In this document: positions 9,135 to 18,887 of the stretch, piece by piece
How positions within the stretch are numbered: the stretch's first letter is position 1
Layout of the letters: the number at the start of each line of letters is the position of its first letter
Assembly (NCBI GenBank): GCA_050181465.1
Contig: JBFXDD010000008.1
Coordinates: 64,325 to 128,324, forward strand
Source of the DNA: Planctomycetota bacterium
GTDB taxonomy: Bacteria > Planctomycetota > UBA1135 > UBA2386
Direction of reading: 5' to 3'
DNA length: 64,000 nt
Notes under the pieces: generated by a model
What the model was told of the DNA's origin: nothing
Seen by the model: only the letters and a program-made list of their open reading frames with translations
The model's database searches: none
Translations under genes and position numbers: made by a program

Positions 9135-10268
9135 ATGCGCACGACTCCTCCTTTTCGCGTCGCGATCGTCGGCCTTGGCTTCGGTGCCGAGTTCATTCCG
9201 ATCTACCAGCGGCACCCGCTCGCGCAGATGCAGGCCATCTGTCAGCGCACCAAGGGCAAGCTCGACGCGATCGGCGATGCCTTCGGTGTCGAACGTAGAT
9301 ACTCGAGTCTCGCGGAGCTCCTGCGCGACGACACGGTCGATGTCGTCCACATCAACTCGCCGATTCCGGACCACGCGGAGCAGTCCATCGCGGCACTGAA
9401 GGCCGGGAAGCATGTGGCTTGCACCGTGCCGATGGCGACGAGCGTCGAGGACTGTCGACGCATCGTCGAGCTGTGCGAGTCGACCGGACTCTCGTACATG
9501 ATGATGGAGACCGTCGTCTACAGCCGCGAATACCTGTTCATGGAGCAGATGCTGAAGCGCGGCGAGCTCGGCCGGCTGCAGTTCGTTCAAGCGTCGCATC
9601 AGCAGGACATGGACGGCTGGCCGAACTACTGGCCGGGTCTGCCGCCGATGCACTACGCGACGCACTGCGTCGGACCGTGTCTCGGACTCGCTCGAGCCGA
9701 CGCCGAGGAAGTGACGTGCCTGGGCTCGGGTCGCATCCGCGACGAACTGATAGCTCACTACGGCTCGCCGTTCGCAGTCGAGTCGGCGCAGGTCAAGCTG
9801 CGACGCAGCGATGTCGCCGCACGGATTTACCGCTCGCTGTTCGACACCGCACGGCAGTACCGCGAGAGCATCGACGTCTACGGCAGCAAGAAGTCGGTGG
9901 AGTGGCCGTTGATCGAGCATGAGCCGCTGATCGTGCACACCGCGAAGCGCCCCGAGTCCGACATTCCCGAGCGCGTTCGCTGCCCGGACTTCGCCGAGCG
10001 CTTGCCCGAGCCGATCCGCATGTTCACCACTAAAGGCGTCTACGACATCGCCGAGAACACGCATCTCTCGTTCACGCAAGGTGCCGGGCACGGTGGGTCT
10101 CACCCGCACATGGTGCATGAATTCCTGTCCGCGTTGGCCGAGGGTCGCTCGCCCTTCCCCAATGTGCGCCAATCGGCGAACTGGACCTGTGTCGGCATCC
10201 TCGCGCACGAGTCCGCTCTCGCCGGTGGTCGACCGATGCGTCTTCCCGATTTCACCTTCGACTCATGA
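9135..10268 (+). CDS. Gfo/Idh/MocA family oxidoreductase
   Basis: N-terminal Rossmann fold (FRVAIVGLGFGAEF) and AGKHVACTVPMA. The start was trimmed to ATG 9135. Its stop overlaps the next start in ATGA (10265-10268). Confidence 0.9.
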   Translation: MRTTPPFRVAIVGLGFGAEFIPIYQRHPLAQMQAICQRTKGKLDAIGDAFGVERRYSSLAELLRDDTVDVVHINSPIPDHAEQSIAALKAGKHVACTVPMATSVEDCRRIVELCESTGLSYMMMETVVYSREYLFMEQMLKRGELGRLQFVQASHQQDMDGWPNYWPGLPPMHYATHCVGPCLGLARADAEEVTCLGSGRIRDELIAHYGSPFAVESAQVKLRRSDVAARIYRSLFDTARQYRESIDVYGSKKSVEWPLIEHEPLIVHTAKRPESDIPERVRCPDFAERLPEPIRMFTTKGVYDIAENTHLSFTQGAGHGGSHPHMVHEFLSALAEGRSPFPNVRQSANWTCVGILAHESALAGGRPMRLPDFTFDS

Positions 10269-13200
10269 TCGCTTCGCTTCTGGTCGCCGTTGCCACGTTC
10301 GTTGCGCAGGACGCGTCTTCGCCGCAGAGCGGGACCACCGGTCCGGCACTTCGCTTCGAACGCCAGACGCTCAGCAATCGCTTCCTCTGCGAAGGTGCGG
10401 CGATCGGCGATCTCGACGGCGACGGTGACGTCGACTTCGTCGCCGGCCCGTGGTGGTACGAAGGGCCGAAGTTCGAGACGCGGCACGCGATCGAGCCGGA
10501 GAAGGTGTTTCCGCGGCTGCAGTACTCCGAGAACTTCTTCGCCTGGATCTACGATCTCGACGGCGACGGCAAGAACGACATCTTCTTCGTCGGCTTCCCA
10601 GGCAAGGAAGCTTGGTGGATGCGCAACACCGGCAATCCGGAGCAGTGGGAGAAGCACGTCATCGTCGATTCGGTCGACAACGAGTCACCGGCCTTCGTCG
10701 ACATGACCGGGGACGGCTATCCGGAGTTGGTGTGCCAGAACCAGGACCGACTCGGCTACGCGCGTGCGGATCGGAGCGACCCGACGAAGCCGTGGCAGTT
10801 CGTCACCGTGTCGACGGGTGCGGGACCGCGATTCACGCACGGTCTCGGCGTCGGGGATCTCGACGGCGATGGTCGTCCCGACATCCTCCGCAAGGAGGGT
10901 TGGTATCGGCAGCCGGCGAGTCCCGATGCGTCCTGGACGCACCATGCGGTCACGTTCTCGAGCGCCTACGGCGGCGCGCAGATGCTGGTCACCGACGTCG
11001 ACGGCGACGGCGACTCTGATGTCGTCACCGCCGACGCAGCGCACGGCTGGGGCTTGTCGTGGTTCGAGCAGACCGAGCCAGCGGTGTTCACCGAACACGA
11101 GGTGTTGGGCAAGACACGCAGCGACGGCAACGTCTCGGAACTCCATGCGCTCACGCTCGTCGATCTCGACGGCGACGGTTTGCTCGACGTGGTGACCGGC
11201 AAGCGCTGGTGGTCCCACGGCCCGACTCGCGACGGCAATCAAGACGGCGCGAACGATCCCGCGGTGCTGCTGGGCCTGCTGCTGCGCCGCGACGGCGACC
11301 GCGCCCGGTACGTGCCGGTCGAGTTGGACCGCGAGAGCGGCGTGGGAACGCAGATCACCGCAGGCGATGTCGATGGCGATGGTCGTTGCGACGTGGTCGT
11401 CGCCAACAAGCGCGGCACCTTCGTTCTGCGCCAGGTAGCCGCCGCTGCACAGCCGGCCATGGCCGCCAAAGTCGACCTCGGCTTCGAGACCGGCACCTTG
11501 CGCGGCTGGACTGCGACCGGCGAGGCTTTCCTCGGGCAACCGATCCGTGGCGACACGGTGGCACCGCGCCGCAGCGACATGACCAGCGGTCATGCCGGCG
11601 AGTACTGGATCGGCGGCTACGAGTTGCTGGGCGACGGCCCGACCGGCGTCCTCGAGTCCGAGCCCATCGCGGTCACGAAGCCCTTCGCTTCTTTCCTGGT
11701 CGGCGGAGGTGAGCACAAGAGCACGCGCGTGGAGATCGTGGCCGACGACGGCACCGTGCTGATCGACGCGAGCGGCAGCAATCACGAACGCATGCAGCGG
11801 GTGCTCGTGGACCTCAGCACGATGGTCGGGCGAGCGGTGCGCGTCCGTGTCGTCGACGAGGCGACCGGGCACTGGGGGCACATCAACTTCGATGATCTCC
11901 AGTTTCACGCCGAGCCCATCGACGGACTGGTTCCCCGGTCCAAACTCGGCAAGACACCACAGAGTGCCGCGCAGTCGATGACGGTGCCGGAGGGCTTTGG
12001 CGTCGATCTCATCGCGGGCGAGCCCGATCTGCATCAGCCGGTCGCACTCTGGGTGGATGAACGTGCGCGGCTGTGGGTCGCTGAGGCCTACAGCTATCCG
12101 GAACGTCGCAAGGACGCGGATGCCAAGGACACGATCGTGGTCTTCGCAGATGAAGATCGCGACGGCAGCTTCGAGCGCCGCACGGTGTTCTACGACAAGC
12201 TGAACCTGGTCAGCGGCATGGCGGTCGGACACGGCGGAGTATGGGTGGGCGCTGCGCCGTACCTGCTGTTCTTCCCGGATCGAGACGGCGACCTGGTCCC
12301 GGATGGGCCGCCGCGCATCGTGCTGGACGGCTTCGGTCATCAAGACACGCACGAGACGCTCAACTCCTTCATCTTCGGTCCCGACGGCTGGCTGTACGGA
12401 ACGCACGGTGTGTTCACGCACAGCAAGGTGGGCAAGCCGGGAACGCCCGATGTCGGGCGTGTGCCGCTCAATTGCGGTGTTTGGCGATTCCATCCCGTGC
12501 GGGAGGAGTTCGAGGTCTTCGCCTGGGGCACGAGCAATCCTTGGGGGGTCGACTTCGACGATCGCGGTGAGGCCTTCATCACCTCGTGCGTGATCCCGCA
12601 TGCCTTCCACATGGTGCAGGGCGGTCGTTACCAACGCCAAGCCGGTCGTCACTTCGACCCCTTCCCGTGGATCGAGATCGGAACGATCGCGGATCACCGT
12701 CACTGGGAAGGAGAGATCGGAAATCACGCATGGTGGGGACGCGATACCCCAGTCACGGATCCCGGCACCGACCATGCCGGCGGCGGCCATGCGCACTGCG
12801 GTGCCTTGCTCTACCTCGGCGAGAGCTTTCCCGCCGAGTACCGCAATGCCCTCCTGATGCACAACATCCACGGCAACCGGGTCAATCAGGATCGACTCGA
12901 GCGTCGCGGTTCGGGTTACGTCGCCCACCACGCGCCCGACCTCGTGCGGGCCAACGACCCGTGGTTCCGCGGCGTGGCGCTCCGGCAGGGACTCGCGGGC
13001 GAGGTCTACTTCATCGACTGGTACGACAAGGCGGCGTGTCATCGCCGCGACATCGAGCTGTGGGATCGAAGCAACGGCCGTCTCTATCGACTGCGCTACG
13101 GTGAGATCGATGCGCCCGAGCTGAACCTGCACACCATGTCCGCCGAGCAACTCGTCGCGGCCACGGCCAGTCGCAACGAGTTCGTCGTGCGCCATGCACG

Positions 13201-15424
13201 CCGGCTCCTCGCCGAGCGCGGTCCGCTGACCGGTGATGCGAAGCAGAGCCTGCGCAACCTCACCGAACGACACTCCGATCCCTTGGTGCGCTTGCGCGGA
13301 CTTTGGGCGATGCACGGGGTCGGCCTGCTCGATGACGCGGCCGCGGAGATGCTGCTGCGAGATCCTTCGGCGGACATGCGAGCCTGGGTGATCCGGCTCG
13401 CTGCCGAGCGACCCGAGCTGATGCCGGAGACCATGGCTCGTCTGGAGTCGATCGCCAACTCCGACGCGTCGGTGGTGGTGCGGTTGGCGCTCGCTTCGGC
13501 GTTGCAGAGACTGCCGCTCGAGCAACGGTGGCTGCCGGCGATGGCGCTCTTGCGGCATGCGCAGGACGAGTCCGACCCGAACCTGCCGACCGTGCTGTGG
13601 TACGCAGTCGAACCGCTCGCGGATTCCCATCCAGGTCGCTTCCTCGCTCTGGCAGTGGGCGCGAAGCTCGCGCCGGTGCGCCGACTGATGTGGCGTCGTG
13701 CCGCCGCCGGTAGCGAGGAACTTCGCGACCGGCTCTTTGCGGACATGCTGGTGGCCACCGAGTATCTGCAGGAGATGCTCGGCGAGTGCGTTCGCGCGAT
13801 CCGCGAGGGCGCGGTCATGGCACCGGCGGGCGGCTCGTATCAGTGGTCGTCGACCAGCCGAGAACTGCTCGTGAATCCGGACGAAGGGATCCGCGGCGCG
13901 GCTGCGCAGATCGCGCTGGCGTTCGGCGACCTGAACTTCGCACCGTTCTTCCGCCAGCGTCTGCTCGACCGCGCACTCGATCCCAAACAACGGATCGACG
14001 CGATCGGTGGTCTGGTGCGCTTGCGGGATCCCGAGACCGGCGCCTTGTTGCTCGAGGTCCTCGGCGAACCGGCACTTCGTGGGCCTGCGCTCGCGGCGCT
14101 GTCGTCGTACGACATTCCCGAGGTGCCCAACCGCATCCTCGCGGTGATCGACGAGCTCGATCCGACGACGCGCGAGATCGCGTTGTCGACGCTGTGCTCG
14201 AGGGCGAACTACGCGCGCGCGTTCCTGGAAGCGGTGATCGCTGGGAAGGCGAGCGCGCGACTGCTCGATGCGGCGTCGTTGCGGCGCCAACTCCAGTCGT
14301 TGGCGGATCCGGCGCTCGGCGAGTTACTGCAGCGAGCCTGGGGTCGATCGGTCGAGATCCGCGGGACGGCGAAGGCCGAGATCGAGCGATACAAGGTGAT
14401 CCTCACCGCGGACTCTCTCGCGCGCGCCGACCGCGAGAACGGTCGTGCGATCTTCGCGCGCACTTGCCAGGCGTGTCACACGCTGTTCGGCCAGGGCGGC
14501 AATCTCGGTCCGGACATCACCGGCGCGAACCGTGGTGATCTCGACTACCTGCTCGGCAACATCCTCGATCCGAGCGCGGAAATGGGCCGCGAGTATCAAC
14601 TGGTGACGTTGCGCCTGCGCGACGGCCGGATGCTGGGCGGCAATCTGGTGGCGGAGAACAAGAACAACGTCACATTGCGAACGGTCGCCGGCGACCAGAT
14701 CATTCCGCGGCGCGATCTCGCCGACGATGCGCCGAAGGCTCCGGCCATCGATTACGCCAAGATCTCGCTGATGCCCGAAGGGCAACTCCAAGCTCTGACC
14801 GACTCGGATGCGCGAGACCTGATCGCGTACCTGATGAGCCAGCGGCAGGTTCCCTTGGCGGCATCGCGAGAGAACATCGGCAACGCGTTCCACTTCCGCG
14901 ATCTGGCGGGCTGGGATGCCGACCCGTCGGTGTGGAGCGTCGAGAACGGCGAACTCGTCGGCCGTTCGGCCAACGGCCTGGCGCAGAACAGCTTCGCGCG
15001 CGCGCCGCTGTCATTCGGCGACTTCCGGCTCATCGTGGACGTCCGGCTGACGCCGGACACCGCGAACTCGGGGATCCAGTTCCGCAGCGAGGCGCTCGAC
15101 GGCGGCGACGTCGGCGGTTACCAGGCGGACATCGGCAAGGGCTGGTGGGGGATCCTCTACGAGGAACACGGCCGCGGCGTGCTCGCGCGTCCGAACGTCG
15201 AGCCGCATGCGCCCGGCGAGTGGAACACCTACGAGATCCTCGCTGTCGGTGAGCGGATCCAACTCGCGGTCAATGGTGTGAAGACGATCGATCTCACCGA
15301 TCCGGCGGGTCGCAAGCGCGGCATCTTGGCGCCGCAGGTCCACTCCGGCGGCCCTACCGAAGTTCGCTTCCGCAACTTTCGCATCGAACTCGATCCGCAG
15401 CCGACGCTGCGCTCGGTTCGCTGA
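10265..15424 (+). CDS. Giant multidomain secreted protein: FG-GAP/VCBS propeller, beta-sandwich, PVC-type membrane-bound dehydrogenase domain, HEAT repeats, CxxCH cytochrome c and DUF1080
   Basis: 1719 aa.
- Seven D-x-D-G-D-G repeats (GDLDGDGDVDFV, YDLDGDGKNDIF, ...).
- PEGFGVDLIAGEPDLHQPVALWVDERARLWVAEAYSYP (dehydrogenase domain).
- HEAT-like helical repeats.
- Heme site CQACH.
- C-terminal DUF1080-like WSVENGELVG...NSGIQFRS...EVRFRNFRI. Confidence 0.9.
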   Translation: MIASLLVAVATFVAQDASSPQSGTTGPALRFERQTLSNRFLCEGAAIGDLDGDGDVDFVAGPWWYEGPKFETRHAIEPEKVFPRLQYSENFFAWIYDLDGDGKNDIFFVGFPGKEAWWMRNTGNPEQWEKHVIVDSVDNESPAFVDMTGDGYPELVCQNQDRLGYARADRSDPTKPWQFVTVSTGAGPRFTHGLGVGDLDGDGRPDILRKEGWYRQPASPDASWTHHAVTFSSAYGGAQMLVTDVDGDGDSDVVTADAAHGWGLSWFEQTEPAVFTEHEVLGKTRSDGNVSELHALTLVDLDGDGLLDVVTGKRWWSHGPTRDGNQDGANDPAVLLGLLLRRDGDRARYVPVELDRESGVGTQITAGDVDGDGRCDVVVANKRGTFVLRQVAAAAQPAMAAKVDLGFETGTLRGWTATGEAFLGQPIRGDTVAPRRSDMTSGHAGEYWIGGYELLGDGPTGVLESEPIAVTKPFASFLVGGGEHKSTRVEIVADDGTVLIDASGSNHERMQRVLVDLSTMVGRAVRVRVVDEATGHWGHINFDDLQFHAEPIDGLVPRSKLGKTPQSAAQSMTVPEGFGVDLIAGEPDLHQPVALWVDERARLWVAEAYSYPERRKDADAKDTIVVFADEDRDGSFERRTVFYDKLNLVSGMAVGHGGVWVGAAPYLLFFPDRDGDLVPDGPPRIVLDGFGHQDTHETLNSFIFGPDGWLYGTHGVFTHSKVGKPGTPDVGRVPLNCGVWRFHPVREEFEVFAWGTSNPWGVDFDDRGEAFITSCVIPHAFHMVQGGRYQRQAGRHFDPFPWIEIGTIADHRHWEGEIGNHAWWGRDTPVTDPGTDHAGGGHAHCGALLYLGESFPAEYRNALLMHNIHGNRVNQDRLERRGSGYVAHHAPDLVRANDPWFRGVALRQGLAGEVYFIDWYDKAACHRRDIELWDRSNGRLYRLRYGEIDAPELNLHTMSAEQLVAATASRNEFVVRHARRLLAERGPLTGDAKQSLRNLTERHSDPLVRLRGLWAMHGVGLLDDAAAEMLLRDPSADMRAWVIRLAAERPELMPETMARLESIANSDASVVVRLALASALQRLPLEQRWLPAMALLRHAQDESDPNLPTVLWYAVEPLADSHPGRFLALAVGAKLAPVRRLMWRRAAAGSEELRDRLFADMLVATEYLQEMLGECVRAIREGAVMAPAGGSYQWSSTSRELLVNPDEGIRGAAAQIALAFGDLNFAPFFRQRLLDRALDPKQRIDAIGGLVRLRDPETGALLLEVLGEPALRGPALAALSSYDIPEVPNRILAVIDELDPTTREIALSTLCSRANYARAFLEAVIAGKASARLLDAASLRRQLQSLADPALGELLQRAWGRSVEIRGTAKAEIERYKVILTADSLARADRENGRAIFARTCQACHTLFGQGGNLGPDITGANRGDLDYLLGNILDPSAEMGREYQLVTLRLRDGRMLGGNLVAENKNNVTLRTVAGDQIIPRRDLADDAPKAPAIDYAKISLMPEGQLQALTDSDARDLIAYLMSQRQVPLAASRENIGNAFHFRDLAGWDADPSVWSVENGELVGRSANGLAQNSFARAPLSFGDFRLIVDVRLTPDTANSGIQFRSEALDGGDVGGYQADIGKGWWGILYEEHGRGVLARPNVEPHAPGEWNTYEILAVGERIQLAVNGVKTIDLTDPAGRKRGILAPQVHSGGPTEVRFRNFRIELDPQPTLRSVR

Positions 15425-15429
15425 GTCCG

Positions 15430-15453
15430 AGCGCTGCGCACCTGTGCAGCGCT
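15430..15453 (+). terminator. Hairpin after the giant gene
   Basis: AGCGCTGC (15430-15437) pairs with GCAGCGCT (15446-15453). It is followed by the T-rich TGCTCGCTCTGTGTCTC, 6 nt downstream of the stop codon. Confidence 0.4.
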
Positions 15454-15526
15454 TGCTCGCTCTGTGTCTCAGTCGTGTGCCCCGCGCGACGGCGAACCGC
15501 CCCGCGCTCGACCCTCTCTCCCGACC

Positions 15527-17041
15527 ATGCTCGAAAACCTCTCGGAATCCGCCAAGAAGCGGCTGTTCATCGCCTGTTTCGTCGCGCTGATGGCGACTTC
15601 GTTCGCCTTCATCATCCGCATCATGATCCTCGGGGATCTACAGAAGGAGTTCGGGCTCAGCGAGACCGAGAAGGGCGAGATCCTCGGCGTGGGCATCTGG
15701 CCCTTCGCCGTTTCGATCATCCTCTTCAGCCTGACCATCGATCGCATCGGCTACGGCCGCGCGATCCTGTTCGGCTTCGTCGCCCACCTCGCCTTCGCCA
15801 TCCTCACGATCTTCGCGAAGGGCTACTGGACGCTCTACGTCGGCAGCCTGTGCGGCGGTCTCGCCGCGGGTGCGATCGAAGCGGCCATCAACCCGATCGT
15901 GGCGACCATGTATCGCCACGAGAAGACGAAGTGGCTCAACATCCTGCACGCCGGCTGGCCCGGCGGCATGGTCTGCGCCGGGCTCTTGTCGATGATGCTC
16001 GGCGCCGATGCCGGCTGGCAGATCAAGGTCGGGCTCATCGGCCTTCCGGTGGTGATCTACGGCGGACTCATGCTCGGCTGTCGCTTCCCGGTGAGCGAGC
16101 GCGTCGCCGCCGGGGTGAGCCAGCGCGACATGATGCGTGAAGCCGGCATGCTCGGGATGGCGGTCGCGGCGACGATGGTGTTCCTGGAGCTGGGTCGCGT
16201 GTTCGATGCGCCGTCTTGGGTGCCGTGGGCGGCCATCGGGGTCGTCGTGCTCGGCTTCGGTGCTTTCACGGGCGCGCTCGGGCATCCCTTGTTCTTCGTG
16301 CTGATCCTCACGATGGTGCCGCTGGCGATTACCGAGTTGGGTACCGACTCGTGGATCACCGGTTTGATGGAGCCGGAGATGGTGAAGCTCGGCCTCAATC
16401 CCCTGTGGGTGCTCGTCTACACGATGGTGATCATGACGGTCCTGCGTTTCTTCGCCGGGCCGATCGTGCATCGCCTCTCACCGCTGGGCTTGTTGGCGGT
16501 TTCGGCGTTGCTCGCTGCGGTCGGTCTCTACGCGCTGTCGGGCGCGACCGGCGCGATGATCCTGCTCGCGGCGACGGTGTACGGCGTCGGCAAGACCTTC
16601 TTCTGGCCGACGATGCTTGGGGTCGTTGCCGAGCAGTGCCCGAAGGGCGGCGCGTTGACGCTCAACATGATCTCGGGAATCGGCATGCTGGCGGCCGGAG
16701 TGATCGGCAACCCCCTGCTCGGCAACCTGCAGGATCGCGAGATCGACCGCAAGCTCGCCGCCGACGTCCCGGCGATCCACGCGCAGGTCGTGGGCGAGGA
16801 GAAGCGCAGCGTCTTCGGTACCTACCGTGCGGTCTCGACGGAGAAGGTGGCCTCTTTGCCGGAAAGCGACCAGCAGGTGATCAAGGACGCCGGCAACGCG
16901 GCGAAGAAGTCGGCGTTGCGCACGGTGGTGTTGTTCCCGCTCATCATGCTCGGCGTGTATGTCGCCTTGCTCATGTGGTTCCGCGCGCGCGGCGGTTACC
17001 GACCCGTTGTTCTCGACGGTGCCGGCCGTGCTCAGCACTGA
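15527..17041 (+). CDS. MFS transporter
   Basis: About 12 hydrophobic helices. The start was trimmed to ATG 15527 (MLENLSESAKKRLFIACFVALMA...). The C-terminal third contains a soluble loop. Confidence 0.85.
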   Translation: MLENLSESAKKRLFIACFVALMATSFAFIIRIMILGDLQKEFGLSETEKGEILGVGIWPFAVSIILFSLTIDRIGYGRAILFGFVAHLAFAILTIFAKGYWTLYVGSLCGGLAAGAIEAAINPIVATMYRHEKTKWLNILHAGWPGGMVCAGLLSMMLGADAGWQIKVGLIGLPVVIYGGLMLGCRFPVSERVAAGVSQRDMMREAGMLGMAVAATMVFLELGRVFDAPSWVPWAAIGVVVLGFGAFTGALGHPLFFVLILTMVPLAITELGTDSWITGLMEPEMVKLGLNPLWVLVYTMVIMTVLRFFAGPIVHRLSPLGLLAVSALLAAVGLYALSGATGAMILLAATVYGVGKTFFWPTMLGVVAEQCPKGGALTLNMISGIGMLAAGVIGNPLLGNLQDREIDRKLAADVPAIHAQVVGEEKRSVFGTYRAVSTEKVASLPESDQQVIKDAGNAAKKSALRTVVLFPLIMLGVYVALLMWFRARGGYRPVVLDGAGRAQH

Positions 17042-18230
17042 GCGGCGGCGGTGGAGTGCGAGTCTCGTGGCGCTGCTCGCCGCGGGCTCGCTGTCGGCAC
17101 AGACGGGTTCGGCTACGCGACCGGTCCCGCAGCGCGCGCACACCGGAGCCCTGGTGTTCGACAAGGGCGTCGACACCGGGTGGGTTCGCCCGCAGTGCGT
17201 CTTCGATCCGAAGATCGCGAGCGGACGGAAGGCGGCCAAGGTGGTCGTGGTCGTCTACGACCCGATCCTCGAGGCACACGGCAACCAACGACTCACGCAA
17301 TGGCTGCGCTCGGCCGATCCGGTGGAGTTCAGCCGCATCCTCGTCGACGTCATTCGGCAGTCGAGCTGGGGCTACGTGAACTATGAGATCGTCGATGTCA
17401 TCACGGTCGACGGTTACACGAAGAAGGTCGACGGTTTTCGCTACGACGACGACAGCTACCTCGAGGCGCGTCGAACGAAGCAGTGGCAGCCGGCGACCAC
17501 TTCGTACCGTGCCGTCTTCGAAGAGAACGGTCTGATCGATCGCTTCAAGCAGGAGGGCATCACCGAACTCTGGCTGTGGGGTGCCGACGGCTTCCACTTC
17601 GACGAGTTCGCGTTCCATGTGCCTCGTCGCGACGAGCGCTTCGGCCCGACGGACAATCCGTGGCTGTATCGGCCGTACGACATCCCCGAGGAACTCGGCC
17701 GCACCACCTGGGTGATGGGCTTCAACGTGGAAGTCGGAGCGGACAACATGGTGCACAGCTACGTGCATCGCGTGGAGAGCATCATGGCGCTGGCCTTCGG
17801 TGACGGAGTCTGGGACCCCAAGACGAAGCGCGATCCCTGGAACGTGTTCACCCGACTGGAGATGGACTTTCCGGGTCAGCCGTCGATGGTGGGCAACTGC
17901 CACGTGCCGCCCAACGGCGAGCGCGGCTACGACTACGACAATCCGCGCAGCGTGATGAGCTGGGCAGACCACTGGGCGAACTACCCTGATCTTCGCGGCG
18001 AACCGCGCAGGACCTCGAGTTGGTCGTGGGGCAAGAACCAGTTCGGCTACATGCGGTGGATCCTGGATCACCTTCCCAAAGGCCCGGGAGCCACGAAATG
18101 GGGCTACGACAATTGGTGGGTCTACGTCGCGAACACCGACGGCGATCTGCCCGACTGGGTACCGCCGAACTCGAGCGAATTCCGTTTGCCCCAGGAGCTC
18201 ACGGATGACCCTCCCGCGACGCGCCGCTGA
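17028..18230 (+). CDS. Secreted hypothetical protein (no family recognised)
   Basis: GTG 17028 gives the signal peptide MLSTERRRWSASLVALLAAGSLSAQ. Codon bias is strong. Trp/Asp-rich motifs (WLWGADGFHFDEF, NCHVPPNGERGYDYDN) did not match any family I recognise. Confidence 0.7.
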   Translation: MLSTERRRWSASLVALLAAGSLSAQTGSATRPVPQRAHTGALVFDKGVDTGWVRPQCVFDPKIASGRKAAKVVVVVYDPILEAHGNQRLTQWLRSADPVEFSRILVDVIRQSSWGYVNYEIVDVITVDGYTKKVDGFRYDDDSYLEARRTKQWQPATTSYRAVFEENGLIDRFKQEGITELWLWGADGFHFDEFAFHVPRRDERFGPTDNPWLYRPYDIPEELGRTTWVMGFNVEVGADNMVHSYVHRVESIMALAFGDGVWDPKTKRDPWNVFTRLEMDFPGQPSMVGNCHVPPNGERGYDYDNPRSVMSWADHWANYPDLRGEPRRTSSWSWGKNQFGYMRWILDHLPKGPGATKWGYDNWWVYVANTDGDLPDWVPPNSSEFRLPQELTDDPPATRR

Positions 18231-18302
18231 GGCGTGTCATGGAACTGTTCCCGTGGTGGTCACGGCTGTGCAACTCCAAAAACCGGTAGCGTAGAGAGCG
18301 CC

Positions 18303-18839
18303 ATGTCTTCCTCAGTTCGTGCCGGTGGTCTGGTTGCCGGCGTGTTGTGTCTCTCGATCCTCGGTGCCTGCGGTTTGACCTCGTCGCCGTGGAAGGATGC
18401 CCGCGCGCGCAAGAGCGCAGCGCCACGGGACCCGGTCGCATCGAGGTTCGCGAATAGCGACGGCTACACCGCTCTGACGGCACGCCGTTCGCTCCCGACT
18501 TCGCCGGTGGGGAGCGCGACGGTGCAGGCCACGAGCGGCGGCAAGGTCTCGGCGCTGCTGGACGTGCGCGACTTGTTGGCGCCTCGCACCTCCTTCGCCG
18601 GTCCGCGCCTGCTGCTGCAGCAGGGGACCGAGCTCGATGATTCCGAGGGCGTCGCCGACGACGAACTGGTGCACACTCCCGACCCTGCGGAACTGCTCGC
18701 CACTCTGCGCGCCTACACCGGTCCCGGTCCCTGGGAGGGCGACAACGCCGGCTCCCTCGAGGTCACCGAGAGCGGCTTTCTCCTGGTTCGCACCGATCCC
18801 GGCACGCTGGCTGCGATCGCGCGGTTCTTGGGTCAGTGA
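18303..18839 (+). CDS. Lipoprotein, hypothetical
   Basis: ATG 18303 gives MSSSVRAGGLVAGVLCLSILGAC with lipobox ILGAC. 178 aa. Confidence 0.62.
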   Translation: MSSSVRAGGLVAGVLCLSILGACGLTSSPWKDARARKSAAPRDPVASRFANSDGYTALTARRSLPTSPVGSATVQATSGGKVSALLDVRDLLAPRTSFAGPRLLLQQGTELDDSEGVADDELVHTPDPAELLATLRAYTGPGPWEGDNAGSLEVTESGFLLVRTDPGTLAAIARFLGQ

Positions 18840-18887
18840 GCGTGCGAGGCCTGCGCTTGCTTGCGCGTGCGCTCGGCGCGCCGAAGG

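Noticed and set aside
10685-14290. 1201-aa minus-strand ORF, and similar long antisense ORFs: 35628..37658, 48128..50044, 50197..51741, 55477..56940, 57118..58929, 58998..60365.
   Set aside because: Each lies antisense to a gene with clear family motifs and has Arg/His/Asp/Gly-rich composition with no motifs. These are the typical stop-codon-poor antisense frames of high-GC DNA.
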